Part shown: in pieces, positions 12,001 to 23,700 of the stretch
Position numbering within the stretch: position 1 is the stretch's first letter
How the letters are laid out: each line of letters starts with the position of its first letter
Assembly: GCA_964035545.1 (NCBI GenBank)
Contig: OZ037771.1
Span: 4,289,628-4,353,627, forward strand
DNA from: Bugula neritina
Lineage: Eukaryota; Animalia; Bryozoa
DNA length: 64,000 bases
Direction: 5' to 3'
Program-made: the position numbers and the translations under genes
Notes under the pieces: generated by a model
What the model saw: the letters and a program-made list of their open reading frames with translations, nothing else
What the model was told of the DNA's origin: nothing
Databases searched by the model: none

Positions 12001-15000
12001 ACTGCAGGTATTATAGTGTTTATATACTGATACTGTGTGGTACTGCAGGTATTATGGGTAAGGAGGGAAGACAGGCTGCCAGAAGCAGCGACTATGCATT
12101 TGGTAAATTCCGGTTTCTACTTAAGGCTCTGCTAGTACACGGACACTACTACTACATCAGGCTGGCAGTGCTTGTACAGTACTTCTTCTATAAGGTTAGC
12201 TCTAACAAATATCTTTCTATATGTCTCTATGTACACATCTGTTAATATGTCTGTCTGTCTGTGTGTCTGTCTGTTTGTGTGTCTGCCCGTGTGTCTCTCC
12301 GTGGTTGGTATATGCTGGTATATAGTGGGAATGATACATAAACAGATGTTATAAAACCATTGACTATGTCACTTGTGTTGAACTCTCATGTTGTGACAAC
12401 TCCCACTGTTATTACAGTTATTTAGGTGAAGTTTTCAGTTTTACGGGGAGACAACTTGACTAATCCAGAATTTGTTTATTTTACAGAATGTCGCATTTAT
12501 AACAGCTAATTTTTACTTCATATTCTTCAGTGCCTATTCAGCAATGGTGAGTTGCCACTTATATATGGTGTGTTATATTGTGAATAATTTACTATTGAAA
12601 TTCAATGTATTGTCTGGCTAGTAATGCGTACTTCATCTTATTGTATTTGATTATTATGTCTTTTCAGGTGTGATTATGTAACCATAATATGGCAGCATTT
12701 TAAATAAATCTCAGTGCATAGTTTAAAACTGATCTATTCCAGCAATGCTGCTCCAGCATATACTGTGTTTGCCTTCCTTGTTATTTTCAATCTGTCTATA
12801 ACAAGTGCTAGTGTGTACATCTGCTTTATCAAGTCTACTATACCCCTTCATAGCCTTAGTTTTTTTAGAGAAATTTAGGAAGAAGCTTAGTTTATCAGTC
12901 TGGTTATAACTCATTCCCTTCTTGCAGCTTTATAATTGTTTTTCATTTAAAATTTTCATAATGTTACGATGTTGCATAATGAACTTAGTAACAGTGACTG
13001 CATACATACATATAAGCTATCTAGTGTATATATTTGTATGTTACAGTAAATTAGAGCACTATATACTGTAAAAGTATCATGTGTATTAATGTAATATTTG
13101 TGTGATGAAATATACGCTATTGCCCTTTCAGTCAATATACGATACACTCTTTCTTACTTTCTACAACGTCACCTTCACCTCTCTCCCCATCTTCTTCAAC
13201 GGTCTGTTTGAGAAACACGTTCCCGAAGACGTGCTGTTAGAGAACCCGAAACTATACAGGTGTGTGTCTTGTGTTCATTTTTTAGCCTGTTGTCATACAA
13301 TACTCTTCTCTGCATGTTACACTTTATATTCTGTCACACAGTGCTCCCTCCGTATCTCACTAAGCCGCAAGCTCTGAAACCGCAATTCGTGACATAGTAG
13401 AATATGAGATTTAACTCATGGATCCATTAAATTCAGCCATTTGCCTCTCTACACACATACATAAGCCACAGAAGGGGAGGTTCAAACCATTCTCGTGATC
13501 TATAAAATTTTGTGAGAACTGGAACCGTGAGATATGGAGGGAGCTTTCATTCCATGCACATTATTACTATTGTCAAAGTCTAAAGCGTATTTACTATGTG
13601 TATTTCAAAACCTGCATACATGTTGCACTCATCTTTATATAAATGTCTTTGTAAACATTTTTTGTAAACCTTGTATAGTAAAATTTCTATTTTTGTAACT
13701 TTTCTAGCAAAATAAGAAAGAATCATATGATGAACATCGCCTTCTTTTCCCAATGGAATCTTTTAGGTAACCTATGCTATAATATATAATCATTAGCTTG
13801 TAATCAGCACATGGTACTTATAATAAAGTGACTGCTGCTGCTTGCACTTGGTTTGGTTTATCTTGTGGGAGTTGTTGTCACTCTCTTTTTCATAGACCTA
13901 GTTTATTTCATCAGTAAATTTGATGTGTAGAAAGTATTCGTTGTAATTAGAAAGTTATAGGTGTTTGGGCTCAGAGCTTTATTACGTGTGACCTTATATT
14001 GTCCTTCACTGACAGGTCTGTGGCACTCAATAGTCTCATCGTTTGGTATATTCTTGATGTACGTTCATCACTCGGAGTTTGGCAGAAACGGTTTACAGAC
14101 AGACATTGCTGTGTATGGTACAGCCATTTTATTCATATGTACTACAGCTGTTCAAATTAAAGTGAGTATTACGCTGGTATATCTCTCTGGTAATGTGTAC
14201 TACTATATTATCCTATACACTGTATATACTATATGCTATATATACTATGTACTATATACTATACAGTATACACTATACACTATATACTATACAGTATACA
14301 CTGTGTACTATACAGTATACACTGTATACTATACACTATATATACTATATCCTATATACTATATATACTATACACTATATATACTATATCCTATATACTA
14401 TACACTATATACTCACAGTTACTATACACACTATATACTATACACACTACACACTATATACTACACATTATATACTGCACACTATATACTACACACTATA
14501 TACTATACACTATACACTCACAGTTACTATACTGACTCTTACAGTTGATGCTAGTGACATACTACTGGACATGGATCACTCTGCTTGGATACGCTATAAC
14601 TCTGATCTGCAACTGGGCGATGGTGGCCATATATAGTCGTTGGTATGTACATTGTAGACACACGCATCTATGTGTAATGTATACGTCCAATCTTACACAG
14701 ATATACAATATGTGTAAATATATATACCTGAGTAAGTTTTGTATCAGTGTAGTTTATAGCATATAGAAATGGTGCAATCTGCTTTGCTGCAGGGCACCAG
14801 GGTTTGTTACCCTTACCGCAAGCACCTCCATGTCGGGAGTTCTGGGAGTGTTATTCAGTTCCGGAGAGTTCTGGCTGGTTGTTCTGCTGCTGTTAATCAT
14901 GGCCGTCCTTCCTGATCTGGTGATCAGAGCGTACAACGACATGACCGACCCCGTGTATCTGAGTATAGCCAAGTCAAGAGCTGAGGCTACTCGTTCTGTC

Positions 15001-15147
15001 TCACCTTGCTGCGTACAGGAAGTCTCTACTCCCAAACATGTAAGTGAGGGTGCCTGCTGGAACGGGCTTCAACCCACCAGAGTACGACCCAATGATGAGT
15101 TGGAAGTAGAACTGGAGATGTTGCACTCCGATACTATTGATACTTGA
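9020..15147 (+). CDS. ATP11: P4-ATPase phospholipid flippase, ATP11-like; last 12 exons (5' part apparently upstream of the window)
   Basis: Exons 9020-9133 (LGLRTLV), 9492-9614 ([10 protein letters not shown]), 9854-10002 ([22 protein letters not shown]), 10627-10786 (LVVDG...[11 protein letters not shown]), 11289-11391 ([19 protein letters not shown]), 12049-12194 ([17 protein letters not shown]...QYFFYK), 12487-12546, 13132-13259 (YNVTFTSLP), 13708-13766, 14016-14161, 14545-14642, 14793-15147. All are GT-AG and phase-consistent. Subfamily assigned from motifs such as GHF, MGKEG and YFFYKN. Confidence 0.92.
9690..9850 (+). repeat. Degenerate ~20-nt repeat (tgtgtactgtagtggacaa) ending at acceptor 9853
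   Basis: Several gtactgtag/gtgctgtag units directly before gtactgatgtag|GTCTGG. Confidence 0.75.
11452..12056 (+). repeat. 41-nt minisatellite, ~15 copies, whose last copy is the functional 3' splice site
   Basis: Unit tatagtgtttatatactgatactgtgtggtactgcaggtat. YAG ends at 11476, 11517, 11558, 11597, 11638 ... 12007 and 12048 (the true acceptor). Confidence 0.95.
13339..13544. mobile_element. MITE family C (TIR cagtgctccctccgtatctcac), Tc1/mariner-like
   Basis: TIR pair and shared internal sequence with the copies at 30612-30811 and 40653-40859. Confidence 0.75.
14196..14540 (+). repeat. TATAC/TACAC-rich tandem repeat filling most of intron 14162-14544
   Basis: Repeated tatactatacac units; ctcacagtt copies resemble the true acceptor cttacag|TT. 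Confidence 0.85.
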
Positions 15148-17117
15148 AATTATAGTAAAGCTAGTACTTCTGTTTTTCACACTTTAGATTATATGTATAG
15201 TATCAAACATTTTTCTCAAAGTAGAAAGTGTTGAATAGAATATGTATGTATGTAGGGGAGATTACTCCAGTTCACATAGATGTATGTATAGACTTATTAT
15301 TTCATAAATATTTTCTGTAACATTTCTTTCCTGCTATTGTGCTTATGTTTATCTCAAATAACCTCTTCTCCATAGTTAAGACTTTTATCTTCAACGGAAA
15401 ACTGGATTTCCTTGGAACAGTTATCAGTGCTGTAAGCTATGGGATGCATAATTAATTTTCCCAGGTGTTGTCTTCTCTTAGAAATAGCTTCTGCGTTTAC
15501 ATGACAGCGTATACTAACACAGGATGGTTCATATAAGTTGGCGGTTGTGAATTTATTTCGGTCAAATTATGGATTTTTTCATCAGAGTTGGTATCTTTTA
15601 ATGCTAATATTATACAACTTTTAGCTATACTAGTTTCAATTCTACAATTTATTTATGCAGAAAGATAACTCCTTGTCATCTAGAATTTGATGAAGCAATA
15701 TTTAAAATGGTTGTGTTAGCAAACTACTTCACAGTATTTACTCACATCTAGATAATCAACTTTGAATCAACAATATATAAATAACTCTAAATCCGTGTTT
15801 GTGTTGAATGTAAACCCAGAAGCTAATCCATGGGACATGGTGACAATGTGTCTGTCTGTTTGTCTGTTAACCACTGACTTCTTTACCACATTTTGCTTGT
15901 TCGGCTTTAGTGGGGTAATAAAGAGCTCAATCAATCTCCAGAAGGTGGTAGGCTGCTTGAATCTGCGCACACTAATTGATTACAACCTGCTTTGGTGTTC
16001 CAACTTCACAGGTTACCCAGACCTTCTCACTAGATGCAGTTTACAGCTAGCAGTTGTCATTGATTTCCTGTTGCTTTACATAGAGCACATTGCTCTAATA
16101 TTCCCTATTTGATAATTTCAAGGTGATTTGGTAACTCAAGTTTTTTATCGTTCCCACGTCCACAGTTTAAGATCAGTTTTTAGTTTAAGATTTCTATAGA
16201 TCTTCTCTACCGGAACTGCTTTGAATAGGCAGTAAAAAACTAGAATTATTGAATCACCTTGAAAATAGTTGTGGACATTGTAACTCAACTTCATTTATTA
16301 AACCATTCCTTAAATAAAGCGGAAAATTTAGCATGATCTATTTGAATTCTTTATTTTTAATTTTATAAACTTTGTTGTGAAATCTCCTATTTTATAGTTG
16401 AATGTTAAACCTTTTGCATGATGTCTTAACTATTATTAACTTTCTTTATTCAATTAGCTGAATCAAGTCTATTTAATTCTCTAATTATGGTTTCTTTGTA
16501 AACAATCTCTCCACCATACCATTGCCCACATAATCCAGCCTTCTTTGCAGTGAGCTTTGCTTGCTTGAGCTAAAATATATTGAAGTTACTAATGCTCTGT
16601 AGCCAGCAATTCAGTAGCCACTATTTATAGTGTATATAAAATGTTACAACATAATGGTGTTCAATGTGTGCTTACTCTTTATTAGGTAATATTTATTAAC
16701 TCTGAGGAATCCATAGCTATAAGAGACGGGAAATCAGATGCCTGTGCTGATAATCACGTGTTTGCTCTCAGACATAAACAGCTTGGTGACGGTACCTCTC
16801 ACCCCTCCTTGTAATCGCTTTCAACTCTCCTAATCTCCAGGCTACTAACCATCTATGTTTTTATTCAAAGCATAATACTGTGTATTGCAAATGCCATTAT
16901 ACTCTCTCGTGTAGAGAGCTTTTTCTGGTGCCATATGTACGTCTGTTATACTTATATGTGAACTGATTCTATGTACTGTACACGGAATGATATTATCCCT
17001 GGACATTCTTTTAAAAATATGCACAGTTTTCTCATGAGTATTTAAATTTTAAATTCCGAAGGCTTCATGTTCATTCTTTTATTTTGTTGCTCGCCTCTTT
17101 TATTATATATATATATA

Positions 17118-17150
<33 letters not shown>

Positions 17151-17707
17151 ATGTGTGTGTGTATGAATGTATATATACACACACACATATATTATTTATT
17201 ACTTTTTATTTTCATTTATTTTCAAAATACAGCGATTGTACCACATGAAATTCAGACAATAACTTTCGATCAACTGATGTATAGTTTATTTTAAATTACA
17301 ATTTTTGTATGCATGTCCTTCTTATAAGACAAAAATAGTTTTTTTACGTAGTTATTAATTTTTATACTATTTCAAATAAATATTCTCAGTTGTAAAATTG
17401 CAATTCATAATAAATTGCATTCTTGCCACTTTTTAATAATTGGAATATGATGGTAAAGAGTGGGTGAAATCTGTAACTGCTTTTGTAATCAGTCTTTGAA
17501 TTATTAAGTTGTAGAAATCTTTCATTTTCTGGATGATATAGGATAAAAATTAATCGACAGTATTATGAACAGTTGCACAAAGAATAATCAAGGATGAATT
17601 AATAAATAAAGTAAAGACTTGAAAATAAATAAGCTGAAGAGTAGTATAATATAAATGAGTAAAAAGAGAAGCATAATTATGTGTGTAAAAAAAATTCATT
17701 CCAAGAT

Positions 17708-20700
17708 TTAAAACCATAACTCGGAAGTGCGAGTATTGTTTGATTTCACTTTTAATATCAATTTCTGACTTTTGCTAATAATATCAATGATGTCATCATG
17801 GCTGAGTTTAGAAGCCTTGGTTCCATTAATTGATTTTATCTCATCTCCAACAGCCAGTAGACCTGAGAACATCTTTTCAGCGTAACTATCGCTCAGTCGT
17901 GTCACAAAGTACCCTAAAACATACAGTAGACCATAGTCTAAGGTATAGTACAGACCACAGTCTAAGGTATAGTACAGACCACAGTCTAAGGTATAGTACA
18001 GGCCACAGTCTAAGGTATAGTACAGACCACAGTCTAAGGTATAGTACAGACCACAGTCTAAGGTATAGTACAGACCACAGTCTAAGGTATAGTACAGACC
18101 ACAGTCTAAGGTATAATACAGACTACAGTCTAAGGTCGATCACAGACACCCCTACTGAAGAAGGGCAACTGTTGAATTTAAAATATCGCAATGGTATTTA
18201 TATCAACTTCTAAAGTAAATGTAAAGGGCTTTATTAATGAGATATACTAAATGGGTAGCTACATGTATGTATATTATAAAAAATATACATACATTCTTTG
18301 TAAATAGGTAGCTACATATAATTTCCAAGTGTAGCATTATCATAATATACATTCGGTGTAATGTAAGACATGTGTGTATGATCTATCTACTGCATACACA
18401 ATACATTGCACCTACCTGACTTATGAGGTGAAGGACCAATATACAGCCCATATGGTCCGTGTGGTGGTTTATTCAGCTGAACACGTTTACAGCCATCAGC
18501 GCATAGCTCTAGTAACTTCCCTATAGGTCTGAAGTGATTAGGGGACGCTACATCACAGTCCTTACTTGATTGCGGGAGAACCACTGCTTTCTTTGGCGAT
18601 AGGCTTTTACTGCTAAATGAAATGCGTTTATGGTACAAGAAGCTATGACAAAACATCATACGAAGCAAAACTTGAACAATTTAATAGCTTCGAAAAAACA
18701 TAAGTAATAATATACCGCTTCACAACAATCAGATGCTAAATGCAAGCGAGGTTGAGATATGTATAATATTGTGTATTGTGTAATCTAATAATTCTATTGC
18801 ACCGTACTCAACCGTGGACTATATTACTATATATTATGTTAAAATCATATATTATATATATTACAGTAAAATGTATTACATCCTAGTGCATACTACATAC
18901 ACATCCCAACACATTAATTATTATAAATCATGCTACAATATACTCCAACACTATGGATCATATAAAAATGTATTATGTTACAATAAATGCTATAAAAATA
19001 CATAACAGCATAGAATATTATATTACAAATACATCACCATGTATTGTATTACAATTATATATTCTGATACGCTATAATATATAATTCAACAGAATGTTGA
19101 ATTGCTTACAGAGCTTACCCATTGCTTGCTTCCTTTGTTTTATGGTCAGCTTTTCTGGAGAACTTGGCATTGTTTAAAGATAACCAGGAAAGAGTCTTCC
19201 TAATAGCAGGCACATTGTTAGCTGATTCTTTGTTGGTAGACTTTGTGTGCGACAGTGGAGTGGGAGAGGGCAACTCTAAATCAGCCTCCTTTGACTTGGA
19301 GCTGTGAAAGAACATAATATTTTACACTTCGACAAGAAATTGCTCTGAAGATCATAAATGTATTCATTTGTAATTCTTTAGAAGTACTTTACATCAAATT
19401 TTCTCACAAAAAGATAAAAAATAATTGTACAGCTTAAAAATAATATATTGCTACAAGACCAGAGCCTACAAGTTCGTAACTATTGATAACAACTTGTAGG
19501 CAGACAACTCCATATATTATTGTAAGTCTACAACTTGACACTCCATATTGGTTGATTATTGTAGGTTGATTTTGCACTGCTAGTGGCAAAAACCATTACG
19601 GAAGAAATTACACTTTTTTAAAATTATTTTCAATATTAGAGATCATTGCTGAAAATACCTGAGCCTGTCCAGACTCAACGATCTCTTCAGCGATTTCATC
19701 TTCTTCTTTGCTGCTTGTTTAAAACTTCCAACTCTTCCGAGTAAAGAAGGTTTTGAACCCGAGAGACTTGAACTTGATCCTAAGTGATTGTCACTGCGAA
19801 TACAATATAAAATCATGACATTAGAGAGATATACAAGACACAAGTTGTATTGTGAGTTGAGGTGTTTTCCATAATATTCTAATGATTTGGTGCAATAAAA
19901 ACTCCTATCTACCTCAGAGAAGGTAGGCTTAGAGACTAACACATGTAACTGGTAGTTGTTTTTCCAAACACTTTGTATAATTCTACACATCAGTGTAAAA
20001 CATACACCATATATCAGAGCCAATGTAATCCAGTAATGTATTGGATTTTAGTAAAGAGTGCTGTATATCTACTTGAATATTAATTACTTGGGGTTAAACT
20101 TTTTCGAAGCTTTGATCTATAGTTAAAAACTTCTATGTCTGCATTTTTACGTCTAATCAATAACTATGCAGGGGCAGACAACTTTCTAATATACTCTGAG
20201 TTACATGTAAATTACTAGCTTTTCCAGATTAGGTTGGACTGTTGGTTTCAGGCGTTTGCATGTTTTATCAATGCATTGAAATATCTAATAACTTTTCCCA
20301 ACAAGACTGGCCCTCATACTACAGCAGCTTTGTATGATCAACAGCCCATTAGCAACAAATAGTTTGATATATAATATTCTCATCTACATACTAGAGGGAA
20401 GCGTTGCTGCCCCATAAATCCCCACTACTTCCTGTACGAGCATTTGGAGAGACGGAGAATGTAGTGGGTATAGAAGAGTTAACACTGGCTGGAGTAGACG
20501 ATCGTGGAGACGCACTTGAGGTGGAGGAAATATCAGCTTCTCTTCCTTCAACACACAAAAGACAAGTCAAATGCTGATGACTAATATAACAATCATACAA
20601 GAAGGCATTCAGACACTTGTGTTACAACAAGAATATGAACATACAATATGAGAATAATTGCCGTGTACTCTATCAAAATCATCAGAGCAATATATGAAAA

Positions 20701-23700
20701 GGTGGAGATAAGTTGCAGAAATAGTTGCAATGAAAATTAACAGACATAAGCCCATATACTTACGCAATGACTCTGAACGGCTTCTTCTAGCCACACCCTT
20801 AGATCTACTGTCTTCTATCACTCGAGATTTGTGAGAGTTATCTTTCCTTGGCTGATGCTCATTGGCAGCAGCTTCACAGGTCTTATCTGCAGAAAGGAAT
20901 AAAACTCAAAGTACAAAAACTTAGCTATACAAACATTGGTAAAAGTTATGGAGTCTAAATATTAAGTTGGAGTTCTTGAAATTTAATTTTTCTCAACAAT
21001 TAAAAATATATTCTCTATCTTTAGTAAAGTGAAAGTACAGTTAAAAACAATAGAAATGCCATAGAAATTATGACAAGTTGCAGCATTCTGGCATCTCACA
21101 TTATTAACTATGCTAAGCACACAAAACACATCAACATTCTAAGGTATAGAAATATTACCTGCAGTGAACAATACCTACCCAGAATAACACCTGCTGACTG
21201 ATGACTCACCTGCTGAAGGCAGCTGCTTAGCTTTCTCAAGGGACTTTGATGTTGACAGTCTGCTATTATGCTGACTTTTAGAAGGAGCTTGACTGCTGGG
21301 CAGCGGCGGTTTGGAGCTGCGACTGTTTTTAGCCGACTTCTGTGGTTTGTTCTGATTGTGAAAGGGGCTGACATCCACGACAGCGTAGGGTGTGGCGCAC
21401 TCATCTGCACCATCCTCTGTGGAGACACCAGATAGACTGCTGGTGTCCATGGACTGACTGGAGGAATGTATAACAGCGCCGCCTACAGCCACTCTGGGGG
21501 GTTTCGGAGGTCTTTTGGCGTTCGAATTCTCAGCAGATGAAGGCATTATAATGGTATCTTTATTAGAATTGGACAGATTGCTTGAAACGAGTGAGGTTTT
21601 ATGTTTGAGCGGAGTATTAACATCGGACGGATTTTTTTCATTGTAGAAAGACTTTTTACCATGTTGAGTAGAGATAGACTGAGAGTTCTGCTGAGTGCGT
21701 AGTTGACAAGAGGGGTGGTCAGGATCTCCAGACGTAGAATAGCGTTGAGAGCTGAGGGCGAGCTGAGCTATCCTAGGATCAACACCTGAGAGGTCTATTG
21801 ATGAGTCACTGCCAGTGAGCTCTGAGTCAGAGTCAAATCTACAGTACAAGGTAAGTGTGTAGAGTACAAGGTAAGTGAGTAGAGTACAAGGTAAGTGAGT
21901 AGAGTACAAGGTAAGTGTGTAAAATGCAAGGTAAGTGTGTAAAATGCAAGGTAAGTGTGTAGAATGCAAGGTAAGTGTGTAGATTATAAAGTAAGTGTAT
22001 AGAGTACATTATAACTTACTCTTCCAGGGCTGTATCATGTAGCAAATCAGGACTGTGAAGTGAACGCTCAGCTAAATCCTTCAACTCCGCAAGCCGAGGT
22101 GTCGCAGTGTCTATTACTTGAGTCGTCTGTGAAAACCTACAGTGTGGTAAAAGACAGAGCAGCTATAAAATATACACTAGTGGTATCCTTTTACTCAATG
22201 GAATTCAACCATTCACAAACCGGAATAACTCCGAATACACCGACTAACCTGACAGATTTAGAAAGGTCGCTAGTTTTATCAACTGTTGATTCAGTGTTTC
22301 CCTCCTTTAGTGGAGACAACTCTGGCATTGTCCTGTAACATGCATAAACTTATATCTTCCTTTTGCCTAAACTCTAGATTTTGTGCCAACGCATCACACA
22401 TAATATGACAAAGGGTTAAACACAAGTTCAGAAACAAAAACTTATGCAAAGATCACAATATTTAAACCAATTTTGATTAAAATCCAAAAAATTGTGTACA
22501 CAAACATCATACTTTGTTTCAAGTGACATTTATAGAACGTGAAGGATTATATATTGCATAAATTACTTTATGACTTGAATGAAGCGCTATATTTATATCT
22601 CAATCAACTTAGGCTGACCAGCAGCCCAGTAGCTGTTCAATGAGTCTTTGACATTCACAGGAAATATTTGGAGAAGTTTGAAACAATTTAACTCACTTCA
22701 AGCTTTTATTATCGTTCACTGGTTTAGCAAAAGCTTTGGAAGGTGAATATTCAGGGGATATTTGAGAGCTGCTGTTAGATTGGTTGCTGATGATATCCTG
22801 ACTCTTGCAATTGGTCAATGACTGAGGGGTTGAAAGGGTTGCATAGTTGACTGTGAGAGGAAGAGCTGAGTCATACTTCCTCAGTTTTGGGGTCAGACTG
22901 TTTTCTGTGCCGAGAGTAGATCTCTTGAGCGAAAGGTCTATACCAGAGTCGCCATCTGAGTCAGTGCCTACAGCAGACGAGGTCAGATCTTAGCTGACAT
23001 GACTCAGCTACGAGTCTTTGAGCTGCTAATTTCCAGATGCAATTCCCTCAGTTTAAAATATAACATTACTCCACAACTTACACTGAACTTCCCCAAATGT
23101 ATGTCGTTTTACAACCACAAACTATTAGAAAACACAAACTAATTATTTAATAAAAAAAATGGAGGCATATGTTTTTATGTATAAATTATTTCCTGATTAT
23201 TTTAAATAACCTTCATTAAAAAACCGGGGCTTTTACTTCATAGGTTCACAATAAAAAAATAAATGACAATAAGAAAGAATTTGGTATATTATATTTACCA
23301 GATTTTCTCTGTACTAAAGGTGCTTTATTCTGATTTGTAGAAGGAAGATCTTGTGAAGGTGTTGCATCAGCACAGGACGAGCAGGTAGAATTCTGCCGTG
23401 AATATTTACCATTCATTAAATTGCTTATTGCGGTGCTTGCAGTAGTGGTGCCAAGTGCTGGGCTAGTAGTATTTGCAGTAGTAGCATTTGTGTGGGTAGT
23501 AGTTAAAGTAGTAGCACTATTAGTTAAAGTCATAGTACTATTAGTTAAAGTAGTAGTAGCAATAGTCACAAAGGAAGTTGTAGTCACTATGTGAGGTACA
23601 TTGTTTTGAGATTGTGAATTCGATTTCCTTCTAGACAAGAGAGCTTCACGTCGTTTTTGTAAATCAGCACACTTTTCAGTCAACCTTTGCCTGATGATTT

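Noticed and set aside
11452-12056. CRISPR-like appearance of regular arrays (also 17921-18136 and 42371-43358)
   Set aside because: Head-to-tail units without unique spacers, no cas genes, and a eukaryotic intronic context.
14193-14636. Tyr/Thr/Ile-rich ORFs (also 17830-18213, 36802-37401 and 45842-46117)
   Set aside because: Translations of stop-free tandem repeats.
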